Origin: Torpedo marmorata
Lineage: Eukaryota
Reading direction: 5' to 3'
DNA: 64,000 nt
Assembly: GCA_977017645.1 (NCBI GenBank)
Contig: OZ360233.1
Location: forward strand, 18,414,001-18,478,000
The notes beneath the pieces were generated by a model, which searched no databases, had not been told where the DNA came from, and worked only from the letters and a program-made list of their open reading frames with translations. Position numbers and translations under genes: made by a program. Of this stretch, positions 23,900 to 36,240 are shown in pieces. Numbering within the stretch: position 1 is the stretch's first letter; each line of letters starts with the position of its first letter.

Positions 23900-26615
23900 G
23901 GGGGGTGTGGGGGGTGGAGGGGTCGCATTGCTTGTTAGGGAAAACATTACAGCGGTGCTTTGGCAGGATAGATTGGAGGGCTCGTCCAGTGAGGCTATTT
24001 GGGTGGAATTGAGGAATGGGAAAGGCATGAAAACACTAATGGGAGTGTATTATACACCACCGAATGGGAAGAGGGAATTAGAGAAGAAAATTTGTAAGGA
24101 GATAGAATATATGTGTAATAAACATAAGGTGGTGATTATAGGTGATTTTAACTTTCCACACATTGACTGGGACGCCCATACTCTATTAGGGCAGGATGGG
24201 TTGGAGTTTGTCTTATGTGTTCAGGAAAGTTTTCTGAATCAATACATAGAATTACCGATTTGATAGGGGGCAGTATTGGATATCCTATTTGGGAACGAGA
24301 TAGGTCAGGTGACAGAGGTTTGTGTTGGGGAACACTTTGGGTCCAGTGATCATAATACTATTAGTTTTAGGTTGATAATGGAGAAGGATAGGGCTGGGCC
24401 TAAGGTTGAGATTGTTGATTGGAATAAGGCAAATTTCGAGGAGATGAGCAAGGATTTCGAGGGTGTGGATTGGGATAATTTATTTTTAGGGAAGGATGTA
24501 ACAGATAAAATGAGGATATTCAAAGGGGAAATTTCGAGAGTACAGAGTCGGTTCGTCCCTGTGAGGATTAAAGGAAGAGTTAGAAAATATAGGGAACTTT
24601 GGTTTTCAAAGGATATTGGGAATTTGGTTCTGAGGAAGAGGGATGTGTACAACAGGTATAGACAGCAGGGAATAGATGAGGTCCTTGAGGAATATAAGGA
24701 GTGTAAAAAAATCTTAAGAAAGAAATTCGAAAGGCTAAAAGGAGATATGAGGCTGCTTTGGCAGGCAAGGTAAAAATAAATCCAAAGGGATTCTACAGGT
24801 ACATTAAAAGCAAAAGAATAGTGAGGGATAAAATTGGGCCCATTGAGGATCAGACGGGTAGGCTATGTGAAATGTCAGAAGAGATGGGGGAGATTTTAAA
24901 TGAATTTTGTTCTTCAGTATTTACAAAGGAAAGGAATATTGAGCCAGGTGAAGTAACGAAATCTGGCAGTGAGGTCATGGATAATATAAAGCTTAATGAG
25001 GAGGTAGTATTGGCTAATTTAAAGAGTATAAAGGTGGATAAATCTCCAGTTCCTGACAGGATATTCCCGAGGACCCTGAGGGAGTTTAGTGTACAAATAG
25101 TGGGGGCTCTGACAGAAATATTTAAAATGTCACTGGCCACGGGCGAGGTGCCGGAGGATTGGAGGGTAGCTCATGTTGTCCCGCTGTTTAAGACGGGCTC
25201 TAAAAGTAAACTTGGAAATTATAGGCCTTGTGAGTCTGACATCTGTGGTGGGTAAATTAATGGAGAGTGTTCTTAGAGATGGTGTATACAGTTATTTGGA
25301 AAGACAAGCATTGATTAGGAGTAGTCAACACGGTTTTGTTCGTGGTAGATCATGTTTAACAAATCTCATAGAGTTTTTCGATGAGGTTACCAAGAAGGTT
25401 GACGAGGGGAAGGCTGTGGATGTTTTCTATGTGGACATTGGTGAAGCATTTGACAAGGTTCCGCATAAGAGGCAAGTTAAGAAGGTTCAAGCATTAGGTA
25501 TTAACGACGAAGTAGTGAAATGGATTCAACAATGGTTGGAGATGCCAGAGAGTAGTGGTGGAAAGCTGTTTGTCAAATTGGAGGCCGGTGACCAGTGGAG
25601 TGCCTCAGTGATCGGTACTGGGTCCATTGTTGTTTATCATATATATTAATGATCTAGATGATAGGGTGGTAAATTGGATTAGTAAGTATGCAGATGATCC
25701 GAAGATTGGTGGTGTTGTGGACAGTAAAGAGGGATATGAAAGCTTGCAGGGGGATATAGGACAGTTAGAAGAGTGGGCGGAAACATGGCAGATGGAGTTT
25801 AATACTGATAAATGTGAGGTGCTACATTTTGGTAGGATTAATCAGCAAAGGCCATACATGTTAAATGGAAGACAATTGAGAAGTGCATTAGAACAGAGGG
25901 ATTTAGGAATTCTGGTACATAATTCCCTGAATGTTGAGCCACACGTAGATAGGGTGGTGAAGAAAGCATTTGGTATGTTGGCCTTCATAAATCAGAGTAT
26001 TGAATATAGGAGTTGGGATGTCATGTTGAAGTTGTATAAGGCATTGTTGAGGCCAAATTTGGAATATTGTGCGCAGTTTTGGTCGCCGAACTATAGGAAG
26101 GATATAAACAGAATAGAGAGAGAGCAGAGGAGATTTACAAGAATGTTGCCTGGGTTTCTGGGTTTGAGTTATAGGGAAAGATAGAACAGGCTGGGACTTT
26201 ATTCCATGGAGCGTAGGAGGTTGAGGGGTGATTTAATAGAGGTATTTAAAATTATGAAGGGGACAGATAGAGTCAATGTGGACAGGCCTTTTCCATTGAG
26301 AGTGGGGAAGATTCAAACAAGAGGGCATGGATTGAGATTGAAGGAGGAAATGTTTAGAGGAAACATCAGGGGGAATTTCTTTACTCAGAGGGCGGTGGGA
26401 TGGTGGAACGAGCTTCCGGCCGAAGTGGTAGATGCAGGTTCAATTTTAATGGTTAGGAAAAGTTGGATAGGTATATGGACGAGAGAAGTGTGGAGGGTTA
26501 TGGGCCGGGTGCGGGTCAGTGGGACTAGGTGGGAGAATGTGTTCGGCATGGACTAGAAGGGTCGAACAGGCCTGTTTCTGTGCTGTAACTTTTATATGGG
26601 TATCTGGTGATATGA
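23900..26615 (+). mobile_element. CR1-clade (HER1-like) LINE, 5'-truncated, decayed ORF2
   Basis: GGGVALLV, IIGDFNFPHIDW, GSSDHN, QHGFVRGRSCLTNLIEFF, KYADD, RPNLEYCAQFWSP, RRLRGDLIEVFKI; 3' UTR ...CCTGTTTCTGTGCTGTAA with a degenerate tail. Confidence 0.93.
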
Positions 26616-27108
26616 CAGGGTCCCAGATGCTTTCGATTGGCCAAAGGTTTTGAGGTGAGGGTGTGGAACGAAGATGTTTCGGTGATCTAGGTGATTTAAT
26701 GCAGAGTGGAGAGTCAGTGATATGGCTTCGTCCTTTGACCTATTGTGGGGATAGGCCAACTGAAATGCGTCCAGGTCATTCCCCAGATCGGAGTTAATTC
26801 GCTACATAACCAAGTTCTCAACAATTCATCACAGTCGGTCACTTTGCTCCTATTGAGCAAGTAGGGGAGGGAGAAGACTGGAAGCGAAGCATGTGGGGGA
26901 AGGGCAGAGAAGGACAACCAAAGAGAAGCATTTATACCTGCTCGTTTTAATTCGTTCCATCGCAGCGTCATTCAGAACCAATGACCATTCCTGTGCTAGC
27001 GAAATGCTATAAATCTCAGCGCTGCGGCTGCTGCGGACGTTAATTTGTAAACTTACAGCGGGGAAACACGTAAGAACATATTTTTGTTTTGACCATTATT
27101 CGGGAACC

Positions 27109-27536
27109 ATGTCCCCAAGAGGTACCTGCTGATTCTATGGGCCATTCTGCCAGGTGAGACTCTGTCTGATCAGTCAGCGCGTCCCGCGGATTCAGCACAG
27201 TCCCGTACCGCTCCCACACTCCGTGTTTCCGTCCAAGCACGAGAGGGGAGGATTATGTGACACAAGGACCGCCGGTAGTCATGGCCGAGAAAAGGCAGAC
27301 CGTGCCACTGAGCTATAGTTACTCGACGAGTCAATCCGCATATTTTTGGTACATTCAACGTCTTGCAGAACCTCCCAAATATTTGCTGAAAATGTACAGC
27401 TGGGGATATGTGGCTGCATCTCAAGTTTGCGCAAGAGGAAATCGGTGTTCTTGCAGACAAAGGGCCAGAGGTTCGACTTGACTGTCTATGGGACGCTTGT
27501 GTCGGTCAGCGCCGTATATCTCTGCGTCGTGCAGCC
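27109..27536 (+). pseudogene. Chimeric V pseudogene (5' like the 16276 gene, 3' like the 17433 gene)
   Basis: Frameshifted leader; VTQGPP..RQTVPLSYSYSTSQSAYFWY matches 16.4 kb, while FR3 and the 3' flank match 17.7-18.7 kb; RSS degenerate. Confidence 0.8.
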
Positions 27537-28428
27537 CATTGATCCAGGGCGATGGTGGGTCCTCAAAAACACTCTGGTAATTAGAAATAGGCAGTGCCAC
27601 CAGGGGGCGTGCTTTCCCCCACACAGTCCTCACCAGTGCACAGGACGGAGACGGCAACTGTGCATCACGGGAGATAGTCTTCTCCAAAGTGCAGCGCCGG
27701 TATTTACCCTGGCGTGAGGAAAGACGTTTGTCTCACTCTCTGTTCCGAGGAGGAGGGGAGGAATTTAGAGAAAAGCGCGGATTAGGGTGGACCGCCTTTT
27801 GCGAGAGAGGAGGAGTGACAGGAACTGCTTGGATAGGGAGTGAGCGAAAGGGTGAAAGGAATTTAGAGAGAAAGGTGAGGAGTGAGAGAGAGCGAATGAA
27901 AGGGAGAGATCGTGATTGACGAAGAGAGATATCACAGGAGGGAGGAAGTGGACAGGGAGTTGTATGTGAGAAAGAGTGTGAAAATGATTTACTGACGGAG
28001 ATATTGAGAGGGCAAGAACGGGAGTGAAAGGGACAGGCGGTAGGTGCGACTGTGGGAATTGAAGGGAGGGAGAGATTGGCACTGCTCACGAAAGTTTAAA
28101 TAAGTGTAAGACGGAGTCGCATAGAGGTAGGAAGCGTAAAAGAACGCGAGAAGGGGCGAGAGGGTGCAGGAAAACGAGTGAAGGTGATGGAAAGGGCGGA
28201 GCAAGAGAGAAGAAGAGAGAGACGTGGGGAGTGTAAATATAGATGGAGAAACACGTGCGAAAACGACGGAGAATGAGAAACGGCCAACATTAACAACGAG
28301 TTTTCATTGGTCCAACAACGGCGTCCTTTTGAGCCCCTATGTGAGGGGATTGGCGGCTACTGACGTGACCCCTCTTTTTATATCGGGGTAGCATATGGAA
28401 ATATTCGGCTGTTTACCTTCACACTGGC

Positions 28429-28863
28429 ATGGTCCCCATTGAGTTGTTTGATGATTCTATGGGCCTTTCTGCTTGGCGAGTCTCTGTCTGATTGGTCAGC
28501 GCTTGTCCCTCCCGGCTCAGCGCAATCCCGCGCATCTTAGACACTGCGTGTTTCGTGCCAGGCACAAATTGGGAAAATTTGGTGACCCACGGACAGCTGT
28601 AACGGATGGCCGCGGGAAAAAAAGACGGTGTCACTGAGCTCTTGGTACCCGACAAGGATTACCGTATATTTTTGGTACATTCAAAATCCCGTGGATTCTT
28701 CCACATATTTGATGACAGTTTACAGCTCAGGAGATGTGGTTCCGTCGCACGATTTCCCAGACAGAATGACGGTTTCCTTGGAGAAAAATGGTCGAATATT
28801 CCACCTCAATATCTCCGAAGCTCTTGGAGCGTACTTCGCCGTTTATCTCTTCGCAGTGCGGTT
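28429..28863 (+). pseudogene. V pseudogene (both Cys lost)
   Basis: SLSSWYPTRITVYFWYIQ...AVYLFAVR; degenerate RSS TGCACTG...TCAAAAGCT. Confidence 0.78.
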
Positions 28864-29720
28864 TGCACTGTTCCTGGAGATTGCGGAGACTTTCAAAAGC
28901 TCATTCTGATAATTTGCAATGACCGCTATCACTAGGGGCCGCTCTGGGTAGCCGCCAGCCTATCCTGACCCGCCCATGGAATAAATGCGACAGCGAGATT
29001 TCCCTGGTGAGGGTCTTCTCACACGACAGCGTTGAGCAACAGGAGTTCGTAGCTGCTCTGAGAAAAGACGTTTCTCTTCCTCTCAATCTCCAGTGACGGA
29101 GGTTCTGAGGTGGAGGGGAAGAAGACCGAGTGATGCAGATTTGGGTGGACATTGTTTCGCGAGAGAGCAGCAGCGTCAGGAAAATGTTTGCGAAAGGGAT
29201 TGAGGGATAGTGTGGGAGAAATAGATAGGGAATCAGACGGGACAGATGAGAGAGAGAGAGAGTGAGAACAAATGAGGTAGAGATAGAGAGCGCGAAATTG
29301 AGAGTTAGAGAGATGGGAAGTTATTTGAGAGAAAACGGGAGAGCGTGTTAAGGATTGCGAAACGTTAAGCAGGTGAAAACGTGAGACAGAGTGAGGTAGA
29401 GGAATAGAACGACTGAAGGGGAGAGAGGGTGGAGTGAGTGAAAGCGAGGGAGGAGATACGCAGAGGGAAGGAGAAAGACGCGGTGAATGTACAGATAGAG
29501 AGAGAAACTTGCGTGAAGGACGGGGAACGAGATGCAGACTGTCGTAACAACTCGGTCTGATTGGTTCAGTAATGGTTCAATAATTGCCAAACCAACCAAT
29601 CCTGTGTGAGGGAAACACTCTCATTGCTGTTCCAGGCGTTTGTCCGCTCATAACATCGACCCACCCCTTGTATAGCGGTAACACATAGAAATATTCGCTT
29701 TTGACCTTAATCCGCGTACC

Positions 29721-29766
29721 ATGTCCCTCCTGAGTTGTTTTCTGCTTCTATGGGCCGTTCTGACTG
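29721..29766 (+). other. Orphan/upstream leader exon 3 (intact, phase 1)
   Basis: MSLLSCFLLLWAVLT-G, donor GTGCGT. Confidence 0.78.
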
Positions 29767-30088
29767 GTGCGTCTGTCTGATTGGTCACCGACATCTGACC
29801 ATCTTCCTTGCTCTCCGTGTCTCCCACTTTAATCTAATAAAAGTTCGGTGATACCCCAAGACTCACACTCCTTCTCTATCCCTCCGTTTACTCATTTACA
29901 CTTTCATTCTGTGCTTACTGATCTCCCTCGCGCGATCTCTCCCGCACTCTCTCGCTCCTCGTCGCTCTAGTGCGAGGGAAACAACCCCTGTCTCCAAGAG
30001 AGGTTCTTCTGCTTCCGACGTGAGCTTGCGGCCTTTTATCGGGCGAGTATTTGGAAAATACCGTTCTCCCGAATTTAAGCCGGGCATC

Positions 30089-30511
30089 ATGTTCCTCCTG
30101 AGTAGTTGGCTGATTCTATGGGCCGTTCTGCCTGGTGAGACTGATTGACAACTCATTTTGCGTGGATGCAGCGCCATGCAGCGCCGTTCACACATTCTGT
30201 GTTGTTCCAGGGGCGAGTGGGAACGATGCAGTGACCCAAAGACCGCCGGAACTGATAGTCGATGAAGGGCAGATCGTATCACTGATCTGCAGTTACTCGA
30301 TGAGTGCCGAGGCATATTTCTGGTACATTCAACGTCCCGGAGAATCAACAAAATATTTGCTAAAAATTTACACGTCAGGAGATGTGGTTCAGTCTCACGA
30401 TTTTCCGGAGAAGATATCGGGTTCCTTGGAGAAACAGAGCCAGAGATTCCACCTCAATATCTCAAAAACCTGTGAGGAGGATTCCGCCGTGTATCACTGC
30501 GCTGTGGTTTT
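30089..30511 (+). CDS. TRAV: TCR alpha/delta V segment, family B, open frame but atypical RSS (exons 30089-30134, 30211-30511)
   Basis: DAVTQRPPELIVDEGQIVSLICSYSMSAEAYFWYIQRPG...KTCEEDSAVYHCAVV. RSS: CACTCCG 30512-30518, 23 bp, ATAAAAACT 30542-30550. Confidence 0.8.
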
Positions 30512-30958
30512 CACTCCGTTCCAGGGCGGTGGAGGATCCGCATAAAAACTCTCCTCGAGAATTTCCATCGCTCGCTGTGGCTTGGGGGTGCACTCGGTGA
30601 CGGGCAGCCAGTCCTGACCGTCCGCTCAATGGAAGCGACAACACGACCTTCCTGGAGAGTCTGCTGAAAATGGCAACGCGGAGTTGCAGAAGATTTGTGC
30701 TCATCTGAGCTATTCTCTTTCTCTGCCTCCTCTGTGTCCGATTCCTTAGTTTGAGGTGGAAGGTAGGAAGTCTGGGAGAGAGAAAAAAATGGATAGCTGT
30801 TTCCAAGAATATTGTAGGAAAAGGGAAGGAGTGTTTTAATGATGGAAATTGAGAGATTAAAAAAGTGGTGTGGGTAGGAGTGGAGCGTTACCCCTCGGCC
30901 TGCCCTTCCTAAAATCAACAAGCTCCTTGGTCTTGGTGTCATTAAGAAAAAGATTGTT

Positions 30959-31600
30959 TATACTCCAGATGTAGCTACGACCCAATCCAATAACTGCTCT
31001 TTTCGGGGTTATTGATCCAGACACAGGGAGTTTTTCTGTACCTGTTCAACGGGTTGTGGCCTTCTCTACATTGTTGGCTATAAGAGCCATCCCATTCAAA
31101 TAGAAAGATTCTAGACCTCCAACAGTGTTTCAATAGTTTTCTCATATTTTGTCTTGTTTAAGCTAAGAAAAAATTAGATATTATATATTTGATTCATCGG
31201 TGAAATTTGAAGATACATGGCGACCTTTTATGTCTTATTTTCATATGATGTAAATGTTTCTAATGTGATTAGGTGTATTTACTCTTCCTTTGTTTTTTGA
31301 TTTACGGTAGGTACCAAAAATTACAAAATATATATAACCTTCAGGATAAGCTGCTCAGCTGTTTTCCTTTAGTTGTTTTTTTTTAATAGCGTAGGTCAGG
31401 TAGGGTTTTTTTTTGAAAAAAAAAATACGTTTGATTATTTTTATTGTCACCTATTGCAGTGGAGGGGGTATCGAATTTATACTGTTTGAAGTTTTATTTT
31501 AATATATATACTTGTGTGATATTGTATTTTCAATTTCGTTCTCTTTTCTTCATTGTATTGTATTTCTTATAAAACTAAAAATAAAAAAGATTGAAAAAGA
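30959..31600 (+). mobile_element. L1 3' end, same subfamily as 5100-5720, inserted into the Rex fragment
   Basis: Nearly colinear with 5095-5720; A-rich tail; flanked by a short duplication AAAGATTGTT. Confidence 0.8.
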
Positions 31601-32170
31601 AAGATTGTTGTTCTGGAACCACCCAACCAGGTTCGTGATTTCCATCCTGCATTCTGGCTCATCTTTTCCAGTTATTCACCCAACACTGGTGGTGTCGACA
31701 TCTAATTTGTAGATTGAGTTGGAGCTGAACTTGGCTGCACTGTCATGGATGCCCATGGCATGGAGTGGGGGACAAAGCAGGCAGCCTTGGAGTGCTCCTG
31801 TGTTGATGGTCAGCGAGGAGGAGGTGATGTTATTGATTAGCACTGTTTGTGTCTGCCAATGAGGAAGTGAAAAATCCAGTCGCAGAGGGATGGACAGAGT
31901 TCTAGATCCTTTAGCTTGGTCATAGGCTTTGCAGGTATGAGGGTGTTGAACGCCGAGCTGTAGTCAATGAAGAACAGCCCCACGAGAGAGTTTCGGTGGT
32001 CCAGGTGATTAAATGCAGAGTGGAGAGTCAGCGATATTGCGCCGTCAGTTGACCTTTTGTGGCGGTAGGTGAACTGAAGTGGGTCCAGGTTCTTCCAGAG
32101 ATAGGAGTAAATTCGCTCCATAACCAACCTCTGAAAACACTTCATCAGTGTTGGTCAACTTGCTCTTATT
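31601..32170 (-). mobile_element. Rex1/Babar-like RT fragment
   Basis: KCFQRLVM...LDPLQFTYR..RSTDGAI...FIDYSSAFNTL. Confidence 0.82.
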
Positions 32171-32204
32171 GGGCACGTCGGGGAGGGAGGAGATTGGAAG
32201 CAAA

Positions 32205-32450
32205 TACTCACAGAAATACCGGAGGAACACAGCCGGTCTCGTAGCGTCCATAGGAGGGCAGATATCTAACCAACATTCCGGCCGAAGCCCTTTTTCAAGG
32301 AATAAGCAAAGCTCAGGAAGGCGTCAGAATACAAACTGACGACTGGCAGGGGGATGAGACCAGAATAACAGGTGTTGATTGGATATGGAAGGAGGAGAAG
32401 TGAGAATTGATTTTGGCTCTGTGAAGGGAGACAGAGGGAAAAGCGAAGTG
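32205..32450 (-). mobile_element. Penelope-like terminal fragment, paralogous to 15.5 kb, abutting a gap
   Basis: AGAATAACAGGTGT...GTGAGAATTGATTTTG..TCTGTGAAGGGAG is shared with 15497-15565. Confidence 0.55.
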
Positions 32451-32813
32451 NNNNNNNNNNNNNNNNNNNNNNNNNNNNNNNNNNNNNNNNNNNNNNNNNN
32501 NNNNNNNNNNNNNNNNNNNNNNNNNNNNNNNNNNNNNNNNNNNNNNNNNNNNNNNNNNNNNNNNNNNNNNNNNNNNNNNNNNNNNNNNNNNNNNNNNNTA
32601 TACAGAGAGGCGGAGAAACGCGAGGACGGAGAATGGGAGCCGGTCGGCATTAACAACCTGCTCAATGGTAGCGTCATCCTGACCTAACAAGAAATGCTGT
32701 GCTACGAAAACGGCCGGTGCGTCCCACGGGGTTGGATGCTCCTGACTTCACCCCATCTCGTATATCGGGGTAACAAGAGGAAATGTTTTTCTTTTGACTT
32801 ACATTCGGGCACC

Positions 32814-33222
32814 ATGTACCCCCTGATTTGTTTGCTGACTCTTTCGGCCGTTCTGCCTGGTGAGTGTCTGTCTGGCTTGTGAGCGCGTGACCGCCCGGTT
32901 CAGTGATTCGTGTTTCGTTCTAGAGATGATTGGGGAAGATTCAGTAACTGATGTACAGCCGGAACGCATGGCAGAGGAATTACAGACCGTGTCACTGAGC
33001 TGCAGTTACTTGATGAGTACCTCCGCACATTTTTGGTACATTCAATATCCTGGAGAACCTCCCAAATTTTGCTGAAAATGTACAGCTGCGGCGATGTGGT
33101 TACGCCTCAAGATTGCGGAAGAAGATGTCGGGTTTCTTTGAGACAAAGAGCCAGAGGATTCTCTTGACAGTCTACGGGACGCTTGAGTCGGACTCCGCCG
33201 TGTATATCTGCGTCGTGAAGCC
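32814..33222 (+). pseudogene. V pseudogene, paralog of the 17433 gene
   Basis: Leader MYPLICLLTLSAVLP-G (32814-32859); frameshift after EPPKF; ends DSAVYICVVK; heptamer CACTATT. Confidence 0.85.
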
Positions 33223-33602
33223 CACTATTCCAGAGCGATGGCGGGTCCGTATAAAACGAAATCGAAATGGGCAGTGCCACCAGGGGACGTGCTCTTCCCC
33301 CAACACAGTGCGGACCAGTCCACAGGACGGAGTCGGCAACTGTGTCTCCGGGCGAGAGTCGTCTCTAAAATGCAGCGCCGAGGTTTAGCCTCGCGTGATC
33401 AAGGACGTTTGTCTCACACTCTGTTCCGAGGCGGAGGGGAGGAATTCAGAGAAAAGCGCGGAATCTGGTGGTCCACCTTTTGCGAGAGAGGGGGAGAGAC
33501 AGGATCTCCTGAGATAGGGAGTGAGCGAAAGGGTGAAAGAAGTTCAGAGAGTAAGAAGGTAGGGAGTGAGGGAGAGTGAATTAAAGGGAGATATCGTGAT
33601 TG

Positions 33603-34754
33603 ACCATATAACCATATAACCATATAACAATTACAGCACGGAAACAGGCCATTAGGCCCTTCCAGTCCGCACCGAACCAAAACATTCCTATCTAGTCCCA
33701 CCTACCTGCACCTTGCCCATAACCCTCCACTTTCCTCACATCCATATACTTGTCCAACTTTTTCTTAAATACTAAAATTGACTCTGCTGCCACTACTTCT
33801 CCCGGAAGCTCATTCCACACAGCTACTACTCTCTGAGTAAAGAAGTTCCCCCTCATGTTACCTCTAAACCTCTGCCCCTTAACTCTTAGCTCATGTCCTC
33901 TTGTTTCAATCTCTCCTATTCTTAATGGAAATAGTCTATCCACATCCACTCTGTCTATCCCTTTCATAATTTTAAATACCTCTATCAAATCCCCTCTCAA
34001 CCTTCTACGCTCCAAAGAATAAAGACCTAATCTGTTCAATCTCTCCTTGTACTCTAAATTCTTAAACCCAGGTAACATTCTGGTAAACCTTCTCTGCACT
34101 CTCTCCAATTTGTTGATATCCTTCCTATAATTTGGCGACCAGAACTGCACACAGAACTCTAAATTAGGCCGCACCAAAGCCTTATATAATCTCAACATCA
34201 CTTCCCAACTCCTATATTCTATGCATTGATTGATGAAGGCCAGCATACCGAAAGCCTTCTTCACCACCCTATTCACATGAGTTTCCACCTTCAGGGAACG
34301 ATGCACCGTTATTCCTAAATCTTTCTGCTCTTCTGTATTCATCAATGCTCTCCCATTTACTACATATGTCCTGTTCTGATTCTTCTTTCCAAAATGAAGC
34401 ACCTCACACTTATCAGCATTAAACTCCATCTGCCATTTTTCAGCCCACTTTTCTAAGCAGCCCAAATCCTTCTGCAATCCTTGAAAACCTTCTTCATTAT
34501 CCACTATTCCACCTATCTTGGTATCATCTGCATATTTACTAATCCAGTTTACCACCCCATCATCTAGATCATTGATATATATAACAAACAACAATGGGCC
34601 CAATACAGATCCCTGAGGCACACCGCTTGTCACGGGCTTCCAACCTGACAAACAATTATCCACTACCACTCTCTGGCCTCTCCCCTCCAGCCAATGTTCA
34701 ATCCATTTGACTACCTCAGAATCTATACCTAAAGACTGCACCTTCCTCACTAAC
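33603..34754 (-). mobile_element. Young 5'-truncated CR1-clade LINE with an uninterrupted RT/C-terminal ORF
   Basis: 352-aa ORF 33692-34750 (GVPQGSVLGPLLF, KYADDTK, RRLRGDLIEVFKI); (GGTTATAT)3 tail; the empty site GATCGTGATTGACGAAGAGAGATATC is present in paralogs at ~18208 and ~27908. Confidence 0.95.
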
Positions 34755-35289
34755 CGAAGAGAGATATCACAGGAGGGAGGCAGTGGGGAGGGAGTGGTAA
34801 GTAAGGAATGTGTGAAAATTATTTAATGAAGGAGACATTGAGAGTGCAAGAGCGGGAGAGGGACAGAGGGAATGTGTGATAGTGGGAGAAAGAGATTGAA
34901 GGGAGGGGAGAGATTGGCAATGCTCTCGAAAGATTAAATAAGTGTAAGACACAGTCGCGTAGAATTAGGAAGCTTAACAGAACGCGTGAAGGGCGTGAGG
35001 GTGCAGTAAAACGAGTGAAGGTGATGGAAAGGGCGGAGTGAGAGAGAAGAAAATAGAGACGTGGGGAGTGTAAATATAGGTGGAGAAACACGTCCGAAAA
35101 AGACGGAGAATGAGAAACGGCCAACATTAACAACCAGTTTTCATTGGTTCTACAACGGCGCTCTCTTGAGCCCATGTGCGAGGAGGGCGCCCTCCTGTGT
35201 TCCTAGAGTACGGGCTGCTACTAACGAGACCCCACTGTCTTATATCGGGGCAGAATATGGAAATATTCGGCTGTTCACCTTCATTCTCG

Positions 35290-35437
35290 CTTCATCACCA
35301 TCCAGTAGTTTGCTGATTCTATGGCCGTTCTGCTTGGCGAGTCTCTGTCTGATTGGTCAGCGCGTGTCCCTCCCGGCTCAGCGCAATTCCTCACATATCG
35401 CACTGTTTCTGGGATATTGCGGAGACGCACAAAAGTT
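35290..35437 (+). pseudogene. V remnant: leader remnant joined directly to the RSS, V exon deleted
   Basis: Paralog of 18760-19217. The intron runs straight into CGCACTG 35399-35405, 23 bp, ACAAAAGTT 35429-35437. Confidence 0.8.
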
Positions 35438-35857
35438 CATTTTGAGATGGGAAGTGGTTTGAGAGAAAACGGCAGAAAGAAGACGGGAGAGCGTGTTAAG
35501 TATTGCGAAAAGTTAAGCAGGTGAAAACGTGAGACAGAGTGAGGTAGATAAATAGAACGAAAGAAGGGGAGTGAGAGTGGAGTGACTGAAAGGGAGGGAG
35601 GAGATACACAGATGGAAGGAGAAAGATGCGGCGAGTGTACAGATAGAGGGTGCAATATGCGTGAAGGACGGGGAATGATATGCAGACTGTCTTATCAACT
35701 CGTTCTGATTGGTTCACGAATGGCCACACGAACCAATCCTGTGTGAGGGAAACACTCACATATCTGTCCTTGCCGTTGGTTCGCTCATAATATCGTCCCA
35801 CCCCTTGTATAGCGGTAACACAAAGTAATATTCGATTTTGACCTTAATCCGCGTACC

Positions 35858-35903
35858 ATGTCCTCCCTGAGTTGTATGCTGATTCTGTGGGCCGTTCTGA
35901 CTG
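35858..35903 (+). other. Orphan/upstream leader exon 4 (intact, phase 1)
   Basis: MSSLSCMLILWAVLT-G, donor GTGAGT. Confidence 0.8.
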
Positions 35904-36240
35904 GTGAGTCTGTCTGATTGGTCAGCGACGTCTGTCCATCGTCCTTGCTCTACGAGTCTCCCTCTTTAACTTAATAAAAGGTAGACGATTCCCCCGAGTC
36001 ATACCCTCTCCGTCGCACGTTCTCCCACCGTTTACTCATTTACACACTCTCTGTTTAATGAACTTCCTCACGGTCGCTCTGTCGATCTATCTCTCTCTCT
36101 CTCTCGCTCCTCGCCGTTCTCGTGAGAGGGAAACGGCCCGTGTCTCCAACAAAGTGTCTGCTGCTGCCGACGTGAATTTGCGCTCTTCTATCGGGCGAAC
36201 ATTTGTAAAATATCCTTCCTTCGAATTTAATCCACGCATC

